From contig DATJNM010000019.1 of the NCBI GenBank assembly GCA_035508155.1, positions 10,488 through 74,487 on the forward strand: DNA of 64,000 bases, given 5' to 3'. The notes beneath the pieces are model-generated. The model worked only from the letters and a program-made list of their open reading frames with translations, ran no database searches and was not told where the DNA came from. The position numbers and the translations under genes are program-made. Source of the stretch: Candidatus Sulfopaludibacter sp. (GTDB lineage Bacteria; Verrucomicrobiota; Verrucomicrobiia; Limisphaerales; UBA11358). This document shows, in pieces, positions 31,292 to 38,696 of this stretch (positions within the stretch are counted from its first letter, which is position 1; each line of letters begins with the position of its first letter).

Positions 31292-32059
31292 TCAGGAAGC
31301 CGGATGCGCCGGAGTAACCTCATCGCCTTCAATGACGTCTCCCAGTTGCCAGCCCGGAACGATATTAGCAATGCTGCGGTCCTTTTGAACACTGCGAACG
31401 ATGACCTTGGCCACGAGCTTGCCGTCGCGGCTCACCAGCATTTCACCGTCCGGCAACACACCCTGGTCCCCGCCAATGTTTAGCACCACAAAATCCCACT
31501 TGGGATCCACCGCCACAATCTTCCCCCGCAGATCGGCGCGCAACGTAACGACATAATTGGTTCCGATCAATTCGTTGATCTGCGCGGTCAACCGGCTGAC
31601 GGTGCGTTGCAGAACTCCGTTTTCCTCCTTGACGGCCTCCAGCTCATTCTGGGTGGATTTGAGGTTTTTGCCCAAACCGGCCACCTGGTCGGCAGTAAAG
31701 CCGGTCGCCTGGTAGGCCGCCAGTTTGGCCTGCGCGTCATCCCGTTCCTGGGTGGTCTTGGTCAGTTTGTCCGATAATTCGTCGGCGCGTTTGGTTTGCG
31801 TCTTGGCGTCGGCCACGGCCTTGTCGCGCTGGACTTTGGTGTCCGTCAATTCCTGTGTCGTCTGGGCCAAATCGTTCGTGGCCTGATCCAGTTGCTTGCG
31901 CGTGCTGGCCAGCTCGGTCCGGGCCTGGTCTCTTTCCGTGTGGAAATCATCCCGCTGGGTGATCAGCGTGCTGATCTTGTCCCGAACCTTAACGATGTTC
32001 AGTGCGCCCGCGAGCAGCCCCGCGACAATCGCCACAATCAAACTGATGCGAATCAACAT
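31292..32059 (-). CDS. Membrane-anchored coiled-coil protein with a C-terminal beta-rich (MreC-like?) domain
   Basis: It has an N-terminal TM (LIRISLIVAIVAGLLAGAL), about 150 aa of heptad-rich Q/K/D/T/A sequence, and then GKIVAVDPKWDFVVLNIGGDQGVLPDGEMLVSRDGKLVAKVIV. Confidence 0.55.
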   Translation of the reverse strand: MLIRISLIVAIVAGLLAGALNIVKVRDKISTLITQRDDFHTERDQARTELASTRKQLDQATNDLAQTTQELTDTKVQRDKAVADAKTQTKRADELSDKLTKTTQERDDAQAKLAAYQATGFTADQVAGLGKNLKSTQNELEAVKEENGVLQRTVSRLTAQINELIGTNYVVTLRADLRGKIVAVDPKWDFVVLNIGGDQGVLPDGEMLVSRDGKLVAKVIVRSVQKDRSIANIVPGWQLGDVIEGDEVTPAHPAS

Positions 32060-32248
32060 GGATGGGTCACTTCAATTTTGGGATAAATTATCCATTTGCG
32101 CCAAAGATGTCAACGCCGGTTTACGTCTTGCCAAACGGGGATTTCGTACCATCTTTTAAGCATGGACCCGGAACCACCACTGTACGGGTTGCACGTTGGA
32201 GCCGGGCCGGTACAGAAGTAAACGCGGACAATCAGCGAATCATCGGCC

Positions 32249-33433
32249 ATGCGATTAAATCACGGTCTGCACCTGGCGTATTGCACCAACATTCATCGCG
32301 GCGAGACCTGGCGCGAGACGTTTGAGTCGCTCCAATCCCACACCCTCGCGGTGCGCGAGCGGGTTTGTCCGCAAAAACCGTTTGCCATCGGCCTGCGCCT
32401 GAGCAACTGGGCGGCGCGCGAACTGAGCGAGTCCGCCACGCTGCTGGCCTTCCAACGCTGGCTCGCGCAAAAGAATTGTTATGTTTTTACGATTAACGGT
32501 TTCCCCTACGGCCAGTTTCACCAGGCCCGGGTGAAGGAGCAGGTTTACCTGCCGGATTGGACTTCCCCCGAGCGGCTCGCTTACACGAACCTGCTGTTCG
32601 ATGTGTTGTCGAAATTATTGCCCGCCGGCGTCGAGGGCAGCGTCAGCACCCTGCCCGGGTCCTTCAAGGGCTTTCGTTTGCACCCCGACGCGCTGAAAAA
32701 CGCCCGGGCCAACCTCTGGCACTGCATTGAGCACATCGCCCATCTGAGCGAAGAAACGGGCCGCAAATTGCATCTCGGCCTGGAACCCGAGCCGCTTTGC
32801 CTGTTGGAAAGCAGCGGCGAAACCATCCAACTGTTCGACCGGTTGCGCAGCGAACATCCGCGCGACCCCCGCCTGGCTGAACATCTCGGCGTCAACTACG
32901 ACACCTGCCACTTCGCGGTGAATTTCGAGGAACCCCAAAATGCCCTGCCGTGCCTTTGCCAGCACGGCATTAAAATCAGTAAAATACACCTGAGTTCCGC
33001 GCTCAAGGCCCGGCCCACGCCGGAAACCTGCGACGCGCTCAAAACGTTTGCGAATGACGTTTACCTGCATCAGGTGGTTGTGCGCGAGCCCGCTGGCAAC
33101 CGGAATATTTATTACGACCTGCCCGATGCGCTGGCCGATCCGGACGCCCGGCGCCGGAGCCCGGCCGGCCTGCTGCCGGAATGGCGTATTCATTTCCACG
33201 TGCCGTTGCACGCCCCCACCGCGCCGCCGTTTGAAACGACCGGCGACCATCTGCTGGCGGTGCTGGATTTGCTGGCGGAAGACCCCAAACTATGCTCGCA
33301 TCTGGAAATGGAAACCTACACCTGGGAGGTGTTGCCGCCGGAGTTGAAAAGCCGGAGCGTCGTCGAACAACTCGCCGCCGAATACGAATGGTTGCTGCCG
33401 CAACTGGCGGAACGCGGACTCGCCAACCGGTAA
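32249..33433 (+). CDS. eboE: EboE-like xylose-isomerase-fold TIM-barrel protein
   Basis: The N-terminus LAYCTNIHRGETW, then FTINGFPYGQFH..VKEQVYLPDW..PERLAYTN, matches my recollection of EboE family sequences. No search was run. Confidence 0.6.
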   Translation: MRLNHGLHLAYCTNIHRGETWRETFESLQSHTLAVRERVCPQKPFAIGLRLSNWAARELSESATLLAFQRWLAQKNCYVFTINGFPYGQFHQARVKEQVYLPDWTSPERLAYTNLLFDVLSKLLPAGVEGSVSTLPGSFKGFRLHPDALKNARANLWHCIEHIAHLSEETGRKLHLGLEPEPLCLLESSGETIQLFDRLRSEHPRDPRLAEHLGVNYDTCHFAVNFEEPQNALPCLCQHGIKISKIHLSSALKARPTPETCDALKTFANDVYLHQVVVREPAGNRNIYYDLPDALADPDARRRSPAGLLPEWRIHFHVPLHAPTAPPFETTGDHLLAVLDLLAEDPKLCSHLEMETYTWEVLPPELKSRSVVEQLAAEYEWLLPQLAERGLANR

Positions 33434-33455
33434 GTTTTGTGGTTTGCTCCGGGCC

Positions 33456-34325
33456 ATGAGCCGGGATTTTCTCCACCGCCTGCGTACGCTGGTGATTTTG
33501 GGGCGGGTGTCGAACCTGCCGACGGTGTGGTCGAACTGCCTGGTCGGCTGGCTGCTCGGTGGCGGAGGAAATTACGCCAATCTCCCCTGGTTATTCTTCG
33601 GCATCACCGCGCTGTACCTCGGCGGCATGTTTTTGAACGACGCATTTGACGCGGACTTCGACCGACAACATCGCCCGGAACGGCCGATCCCTTCCGGCGC
33701 GATTTCGCTGCCGGCGGTCTGGGGCTGGGGACTGGTTTGGCTGGTTCCGGGCACGTTGAGCTTGATTATGATCGGGAAGACGACCGGCGCCCTGGCGCTC
33801 GTGTTGCTGCTGTGCATCGTCCTTTACGACGCCACGCATAAAGTCATCACCGCCTCACCCTGGTTGATGGGCGCATGCCGGTTCTGGGTTTATGTCATCG
33901 CCGCCTCCTGTGCCAGTTGGGGTGTGAACGGCTGGCCGATCTGGTGCGGCGCAGCGCTGGGAATCTACGTCGCCGGCTTGAGCCACGTCGCGCAGTTGGA
34001 AAGCTTGCGCGGAAGGGTTCCTTATTGGCCCCTGATTCTGCTGTCCGCGCCGGTCGTGTTGGCCCTGTTGATGGATGCCGGAGAAAACCGCGTTTCGGGC
34101 CTCTGGCTGTCGCTGGTGCTGGTGCTCTGGAGCGCGCGTTGTGTCCGAACCATTTTTCAGGGAGGCGCCGTGAACGTGGGCCGAATCGTTTCCGGCCTGC
34201 TGGCGGGAATTGTGTTGGTGGACTGGCTGGCCGTTGCGCCGGGTTGTCCGACTGCGTTGAGCGCGGTGTTTTTAATCCTGTTCGGCGCCACGTTGGGACT
34301 GCAACGATTCGTGCCGGCAACGTGA
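33456..34325 (+). CDS. eboC: UbiA-family prenyltransferase (EboC-like)
   Basis: The ORF runs from TTG 33444, with an ATG at 33456. It has about 8 TM segments, and the Asp-rich motif NDAFDADFDRQHRPERPIPSG is typical of UbiA prenyltransferases. It lies immediately after the eboE-like gene. Confidence 0.6.
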   Translation: MSRDFLHRLRTLVILGRVSNLPTVWSNCLVGWLLGGGGNYANLPWLFFGITALYLGGMFLNDAFDADFDRQHRPERPIPSGAISLPAVWGWGLVWLVPGTLSLIMIGKTTGALALVLLLCIVLYDATHKVITASPWLMGACRFWVYVIAASCASWGVNGWPIWCGAALGIYVAGLSHVAQLESLRGRVPYWPLILLSAPVVLALLMDAGENRVSGLWLSLVLVLWSARCVRTIFQGGAVNVGRIVSGLLAGIVLVDWLAVAPGCPTALSAVFLILFGATLGLQRFVPAT

Positions 34326-34331
34326 AAAGCT

Positions 34332-34366
34332 AAGGCCGAAGGCTGAACGCTAAAGGCTTGAGAAAT
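34332..34366 (+). repeat. Upstream heptad-periodic arm of four-helix-bundle cassette A
   Basis: aaggccg aaggctg aacgcta aaggctt gagaaat, then ATG at 34367. It is complementary to 34744-34771. Confidence 0.8.
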
Positions 34367-34745
34367 ATGAACGAACAGGCGAAGGATTTAAAAATACGAA
34401 CAAAGGCGTTTGCGCTTCGGGTCATTCGTATGTACTCCAAACTGCCCGGGAACAACGCGGTCGCACAGGTGCCCGGCCGGCAGGTCTTGCGTTCGGGAAC
34501 GGCGGTCGGTGCAAATTATCGCGAAGCCTCCCGCACCCGCTCCCAAGCCGAGTTCATTTCCAAGACAGGCGACTGTCTCAAAGAAATTGATGAAGCCGAA
34601 TATTGGCTGGAATTGATCGTGGATAGTGGCTGTATTCCAGCCGGCCGAATGGCCGAACTGCTTGATGAAGCACGGGCAACTCATCGCAATATTTGCGACC
34701 ATCGACAAAAGAGCCAAAGGCCAAAATGCCGACTCCAGCATTTAG
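34367..34745 (+). pseudogene. Four-helix-bundle protein (23S rRNA IVS protein/Avd family) with an apparent +1 frameshift at G-run 34674-34676
   Basis: MNEQAKDLKIRTKAFALRVIRMY..QVLRSGTAVGANYREA..SQAEFISK...EIDEAEYWLELI fits the family. After ..LLDEAR the annotated frame reads ATHRNICDHRQ... to 34786. Skipping one G gives QLIAIFATIDKRAKGQNADSSI followed by a stop at 34743-34745, which is the expected family ending, for a total of 125 aa. Confidence 0.7.
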
Positions 34746-34771
34746 CCTTTAGAATTCGGCCTTTGCTTTCC
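34744..34771 (+). repeat. Downstream heptad-periodic arm of cassette A
   Basis: agccttt agaattc ggccttt gctttcc. agccttt pairs with aaaggct (34352-34358) and cggcctt pairs with aaggccg (34332-34338). Confidence 0.75.
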
Positions 34772-34823
34772 ACAAGCTTCGCTTGAACAGCCAATCATCC
34801 TCGGTTATTTTGGTTGTTCGTAT

Positions 34824-36605
34824 ATGAACATAGAAGGCTTGAACAGCTTTCCAGACCAGGTTAGCGGCCTTTCTGCAGCCGGCAAACCCGTTACACCGCA
34901 ACCGGGTTTCCGGGCAGAAAGGGAACTGACGCACAACGAAGAGATTAAGGAAGCGATTCCCACGCTCGCGGGCACCATCGCGTCCACGCTGGCCAACCCG
35001 GGCGCCGACACGTTCTCCGGCGATGACGCCCAATTCCTGAAATTTCACGGTGTTTATCCGCAGGACGACCGCGATCTGCGTTCGGCGGCCGGCCGGAAAT
35101 ACATCATGATGGTCCGCAGCCGCATTCCCGGCGGCGTGATGACCGCCAACCAGTGGCGTGTGTTCGACGAACTGGCGTGGCTTTACGGCAATAATACGCT
35201 GCGCATCACCACCCGCCAGACCATCCAGTTTCACGGCGTCGTCAAGGCGAACCTGCGTCTGGTGGTCAAAAAAATCAACGAGTGCCTGCTCTCCACGCTC
35301 GCGGCTTGCGGCGACGTGAACCGCAACGTGCTCGCGCCGCCCACGCCCGCGTACACCCGGGCGCGTGATGAAGTCTATCGCGATTGCGTGCGGGTGGCGA
35401 ACGCGCTCAAGCCGCAGACCCGCGCCTATTACGCCATCTGGATCGACGGTTTCCAGCTCAAGATTGACGACCCGTTCAACCAGGCGTTCGTTGATCCACT
35501 TTACGGCAAGGCGTATTTGCCGCGAAAATTCAAAACCGCGTTCGTTATCCCGCCGGTGAATGACCTCGACGTTTTCACCAACGACCAGGGCTTCATCGCG
35601 GTGGTGGAAAGCGAAAAACTGTTAGGTTACAACCTCGTCGTCGGCGGCGGCATGGGACGCACGCACGGTAACCAGCAAACTTACCCGCGGCTGGCGAGCG
35701 AACTCGGATTTATCACGCCGGACAAATTGATTGAGGTTGCCAAAGCCGTGCTGACGATTCACCGCGACTACGGCGACCGCACCGACCGCAAGCACGCGCG
35801 CTTCAAATATGTCGTCGAAGAGCGTGGCGTGGATTGGACGCGCGCCGAGGTTGAGAAGCGAGCCGGCATCAAATTTGCGCCGATCCGGCCTTACCGGTTC
35901 ACGACGACGGCCGATTTGCTCGGCTGGCACAAATCCGTGGATGGAAAGAATTTCTTCACGCTGTTCGTCCAAACCGGCCGCGTGAAGAACGAAAAAAAGA
36001 TCGCGCTGCGCGAAATCGCGGAGAAATTTCCGCACCTCGGATTCCACCTGACCACGAATCAGAATGTGATTCTCGCCAACGTGAACGATGCGGACCAAGC
36101 CGGCATCAATTCGATTTTTGCGGCGCACAAAATTCCCGTTGAAAATCAGGCGCGCGTTTTGCACGCGGTCGCGATGGCCTGTCCCGCCCTGCCCACCTGC
36201 GGCCTGGCCCTCGCCGAATCCGAACGGATATTGCCCGGGCTCATTGACCGCATCGAAAAACTCTGCGGCGATCTGGGACTCGGTGACGAGGAGATCATCA
36301 TCCGTTCGACCGGTTGCCCGAACGGTTGCGCCAGGCCGTACCTGGCGGAAATCGGATTCGTCGGCAAAGCGCCGGGACGTTATCAACTTTGGCTCGGCGG
36401 CAATGTTTCCGGCACGCGCCTCAACCGCGTGTGGAAGGAAACCGTCAAAGACCCCGACATCGAGAATGAATTACGGCCGGTGCTCGCCCGCTATGCCAAG
36501 GAACGCAATCCGGGCGAACGTTTCGGCGACTGGTGCGACCGGGAGTTGTGGCCGGAAAAGCCGGCCGCGGTCAACCCGGTGGCCGATCCCATTCCAGCTC
36601 CATGA
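34824..36605 (+). CDS. cysI: Assimilatory sulfite reductase hemoprotein subunit
   Basis: 593 aa and collinear with E. coli CysI. Matches include FLKFHGVYPQDDRD, LRITTRQTIQFHGV, YLPRKFKTAFVIPP, NRTDRKHARFKY and the siroheme/4Fe-4S motif TGCPNGCARPYLAEIGFVGKAPGRY. Confidence 0.92.
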   Translation: MNIEGLNSFPDQVSGLSAAGKPVTPQPGFRAERELTHNEEIKEAIPTLAGTIASTLANPGADTFSGDDAQFLKFHGVYPQDDRDLRSAAGRKYIMMVRSRIPGGVMTANQWRVFDELAWLYGNNTLRITTRQTIQFHGVVKANLRLVVKKINECLLSTLAACGDVNRNVLAPPTPAYTRARDEVYRDCVRVANALKPQTRAYYAIWIDGFQLKIDDPFNQAFVDPLYGKAYLPRKFKTAFVIPPVNDLDVFTNDQGFIAVVESEKLLGYNLVVGGGMGRTHGNQQTYPRLASELGFITPDKLIEVAKAVLTIHRDYGDRTDRKHARFKYVVEERGVDWTRAEVEKRAGIKFAPIRPYRFTTTADLLGWHKSVDGKNFFTLFVQTGRVKNEKKIALREIAEKFPHLGFHLTTNQNVILANVNDADQAGINSIFAAHKIPVENQARVLHAVAMACPALPTCGLALAESERILPGLIDRIEKLCGDLGLGDEEIIIRSTGCPNGCARPYLAEIGFVGKAPGRYQLWLGGNVSGTRLNRVWKETVKDPDIENELRPVLARYAKERNPGERFGDWCDRELWPEKPAAVNPVADPIPAP

Positions 36606-37264
36606 CCGCTGATCAAATCGTCGAAGCCAACGCCGGCTTGCGGAGCAGGCCGCCGTTGGAAATTGTGCGCTGGGCCATTGCCCAGGCCAATGGGCGGGCG
36701 CTGGTTTCGACCAATTTTCGCCCGTACGAAGCGGTGATTTTGCATTTATGCGCGCAGGTGCAACCGGATATTCCGGTGCTGTGGGTGGACCACGGTTACA
36801 ATCGTCCGGCCACTTACAAACACGCCGAGGCATTGAAAAAAATGCTTCGCTTGAACCTGAAAGCCTATCTGCCGAGGATTTCCGCCGCGCATCACGACGC
36901 CATCCACGGCGACCTTCCGTCCACCGATGACGAAGCTGGTTTGAAACGGTTCAGCGCGTTGATGAAGCTGGAGCCGTTCCAGCGCGGCATGAAGGAACTG
37001 GCGCCGGCGGTCTGGATCACCGCATTGCGTAAAGTCCAAAATCCGAACCGCGCCGGCCTTGATATCGTTTCCGAGGACAAGAATTTTGGTGCGCTCAAGG
37101 TCAGCCCGGTTTTTTATTGGACCGACGCGGACATGGAGGATTACCTGAGGCAGCACCATCTGCCCAACGAATGGGACTATTTTGATCCGGCCAAGGCCGA
37201 CGACAAGCGCGAATGCGGTTTGCATGCGACCTGGGGGTCGCAGGCTCTTGGATCTGGGATCTAA
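36602..37264 (+). CDS. cysH: Phosphoadenosine phosphosulfate reductase (Fe-S-less type)
   Basis: The ATG at 36602 overlaps the cysI stop (ATGA). The C-terminal ECGLH is present. The CC and CxxC Fe-S cysteines of APS reductases are absent: FSALMKLEP stands in place of CC..K.EP, and there is no GCxPCT. Confidence 0.88.
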   Translation: MTADQIVEANAGLRSRPPLEIVRWAIAQANGRALVSTNFRPYEAVILHLCAQVQPDIPVLWVDHGYNRPATYKHAEALKKMLRLNLKAYLPRISAAHHDAIHGDLPSTDDEAGLKRFSALMKLEPFQRGMKELAPAVWITALRKVQNPNRAGLDIVSEDKNFGALKVSPVFYWTDADMEDYLRQHHLPNEWDYFDPAKADDKRECGLHATWGSQALGSGI

Positions 37265-37306
37265 GACAACGACATGGACGCGTACCTATCGGTTAAAATT
37301 CATTTG

Positions 37307-37343
37307 GAATCCGTGTTCATCCGTGTTCATCTGTGGTTAAATC
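37307..37343. repeat. Decamer-periodic tract abutting the cysD start
   Basis: gaatccgtgttc atccgtgttc atctgtggtt aaatc, ending 6 nt before GTG 37350. The core ttcatctgtggtt recurs as ttcatccgtggtt at 3857-3869. Confidence 0.8.
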
Positions 37344-37349
37344 TTTGAA

Positions 37350-38252
37350 GTGAACAGTTACCATCTGGACCATTTGCAGTACCTGGAAACCGAAGCGATT
37401 CACATCATGCGCGAAGTCGCGGCGGAATTCGAGCGCCCGGCCCTGCTCTTCTCCGGCGGCAAGGATTCCATTTCCCTGCTGCGCCTGGCCGAAAAGGCAT
37501 TCCGTCCGTCCGACATTCCCATGCCGCTGCTGAACATTGATACCGGACACCACTTCCCCGAATTGAACGAATTCCGCGACCGGCGCGCCAAAGAACTGGG
37601 CGCCAAACTCATCGTCCGCAAGGTTGAAGACGCCATCGCCAAGGGCATCGCGGTGCCGCGACCCGGCGAAATCAGCCGCAATCAGTTGCAAATCCCGACG
37701 CTGCTGGCGGCGGTCGAGGAGTTTCAGTTCGATTGTCTGATTGGCGGCGCGCGGCGCGACGAGGAAAAGGCCCGCGCCAAGGAGCGCTTCTTCAGTTTCC
37801 GCGACAGTTTCGGCCAATGGGACCCGAAAAATCAGCGGCCCGAAATCTGGAATATTTACAACGCGCGCGTCAATCCGGGCGAACACATGCGCGTCTTTCC
37901 GCTTTCGAACTGGACGGAAATGGATGTGTGGGAATACATCAAACGCGAGCAACTGGCCGTGCCGGCGATTTATTTCAGTCACCAGCGAAAATGTGTCCGC
38001 CGCAACGGTCAGTGGCTGCCCGTCTCCGATTTGCTGCCGCCCAAGGGCACGGAACCGGTGAAGGAGCTGGTCGTCCGCGTCCGCACCATCGGCGACATTA
38101 TCAGCACCGGCATGGTCGAGTCGCCGGCGGATTCCGTGGACGACATCATTGCTGAAATCGCCGCCGCCCGCGTCACCGAACGCGGCTCCCGCGCCGATGA
38201 CAAGGCCAGCGAAGCGGCGATGGAGGATCGCAAGAAAGCCGGATACTTTTAA
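37350..38252 (+). CDS. cysD: Sulfate adenylyltransferase subunit 2
   Basis: GTG start. LDHLQYLETEAIHIMREVAAEF..PALLFSGGKDS (PP-loop) and the 300-aa length fit CysD. Confidence 0.93.
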   Translation: MNSYHLDHLQYLETEAIHIMREVAAEFERPALLFSGGKDSISLLRLAEKAFRPSDIPMPLLNIDTGHHFPELNEFRDRRAKELGAKLIVRKVEDAIAKGIAVPRPGEISRNQLQIPTLLAAVEEFQFDCLIGGARRDEEKARAKERFFSFRDSFGQWDPKNQRPEIWNIYNARVNPGEHMRVFPLSNWTEMDVWEYIKREQLAVPAIYFSHQRKCVRRNGQWLPVSDLLPPKGTEPVKELVVRVRTIGDIISTGMVESPADSVDDIIAEIAAARVTERGSRADDKASEAAMEDRKKAGYF

Positions 38253-38254
38253 TC

Positions 38255-38282
38255 GGAGATGGGAGTTCGGAGATGGGAGATC
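38255..38282 (+). repeat. Upstream heptad-periodic arm of four-helix-bundle cassette B
   Basis: ggagatg ggagttc ggagatg ggagatc, starting 3 nt after the cysD stop and ending 6 nt before ATG 38289. It is complementary to 38664-38691. Confidence 0.85.
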
Positions 38283-38288
38283 GAAAAT

Positions 38289-38657
38289 ATGGCTACGCCA
38301 CGGTCATTTGAAGATTTGGAAGCTTGGGAGGCCGCTCGTGAGTTGACCAACAAAGCTTATCAGCTCTCGCGTCGCGAGCCGTTGTCTCACGACTTCGGAT
38401 TATGTGACCAGCTTCGCCGCGCCGCGCTTTCGGTGATGAACAACAGCGCCGAAGGTTGGGAAAGCCTTCATCTCGCCGAGAAAAAGCAATTTTACAATTG
38501 GGCGCGACGCTCTTGTGGCGAAGGCCGCTCCATGAGTTACGTTTTGCCCGACAATAAATTCATCACAAGTGAAGAACAACAGACTTTGTTAAAATTTTGT
38601 ATGCGCTCCGGCAAACTCGTCAGTGGTCTGATCCGTTCGCTGGACAACCGCAATTAA
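38289..38657 (+). CDS. Four-helix-bundle protein (23S rRNA IVS protein/Avd family)
   Basis: MATPRSFEDLEAWEAARELTNKAYQLS....DQLRRAALSVMNNSAEG...KKQFYNWARRSCGE... The 122-aa length and helix pattern fit the TIGR02436/PF05635-type family. Confidence 0.8.
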   Translation: MATPRSFEDLEAWEAARELTNKAYQLSRREPLSHDFGLCDQLRRAALSVMNNSAEGWESLHLAEKKQFYNWARRSCGEGRSMSYVLPDNKFITSEEQQTLLKFCMRSGKLVSGLIRSLDNRN

Positions 38658-38663
38658 ACCCGA

Positions 38664-38691
38664 ACTCCCATCTGCCATCTCCCATCTCACA
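38664..38691 (+). repeat. Downstream heptad-periodic arm of cassette B
   Basis: actccca tctgcca tctccca tctcaca. Its reverse complement aligns with the upstream arm at about 24/30 positions. It ends 5 nt before the cysN ATG at 38697. Confidence 0.85.
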
Positions 38692-38696
38692 AATAA

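Noticed and set aside
34367-38657. Four-helix-bundle ORFs as Avd components of a diversity-generating retroelement
   Set aside because: Avd belongs to the same fold family, but the window contains no reverse transcriptase, no template/variable repeat pair and no target gene with a C-terminal variable region.
38255-38691. Heptad and decamer tracts as a CRISPR array
   Set aside because: The units are 7-10 nt and contiguous, with no spacers. No repeat of CRISPR length (about 24-48 nt) recurs at regular spacing, and no cas genes are present.
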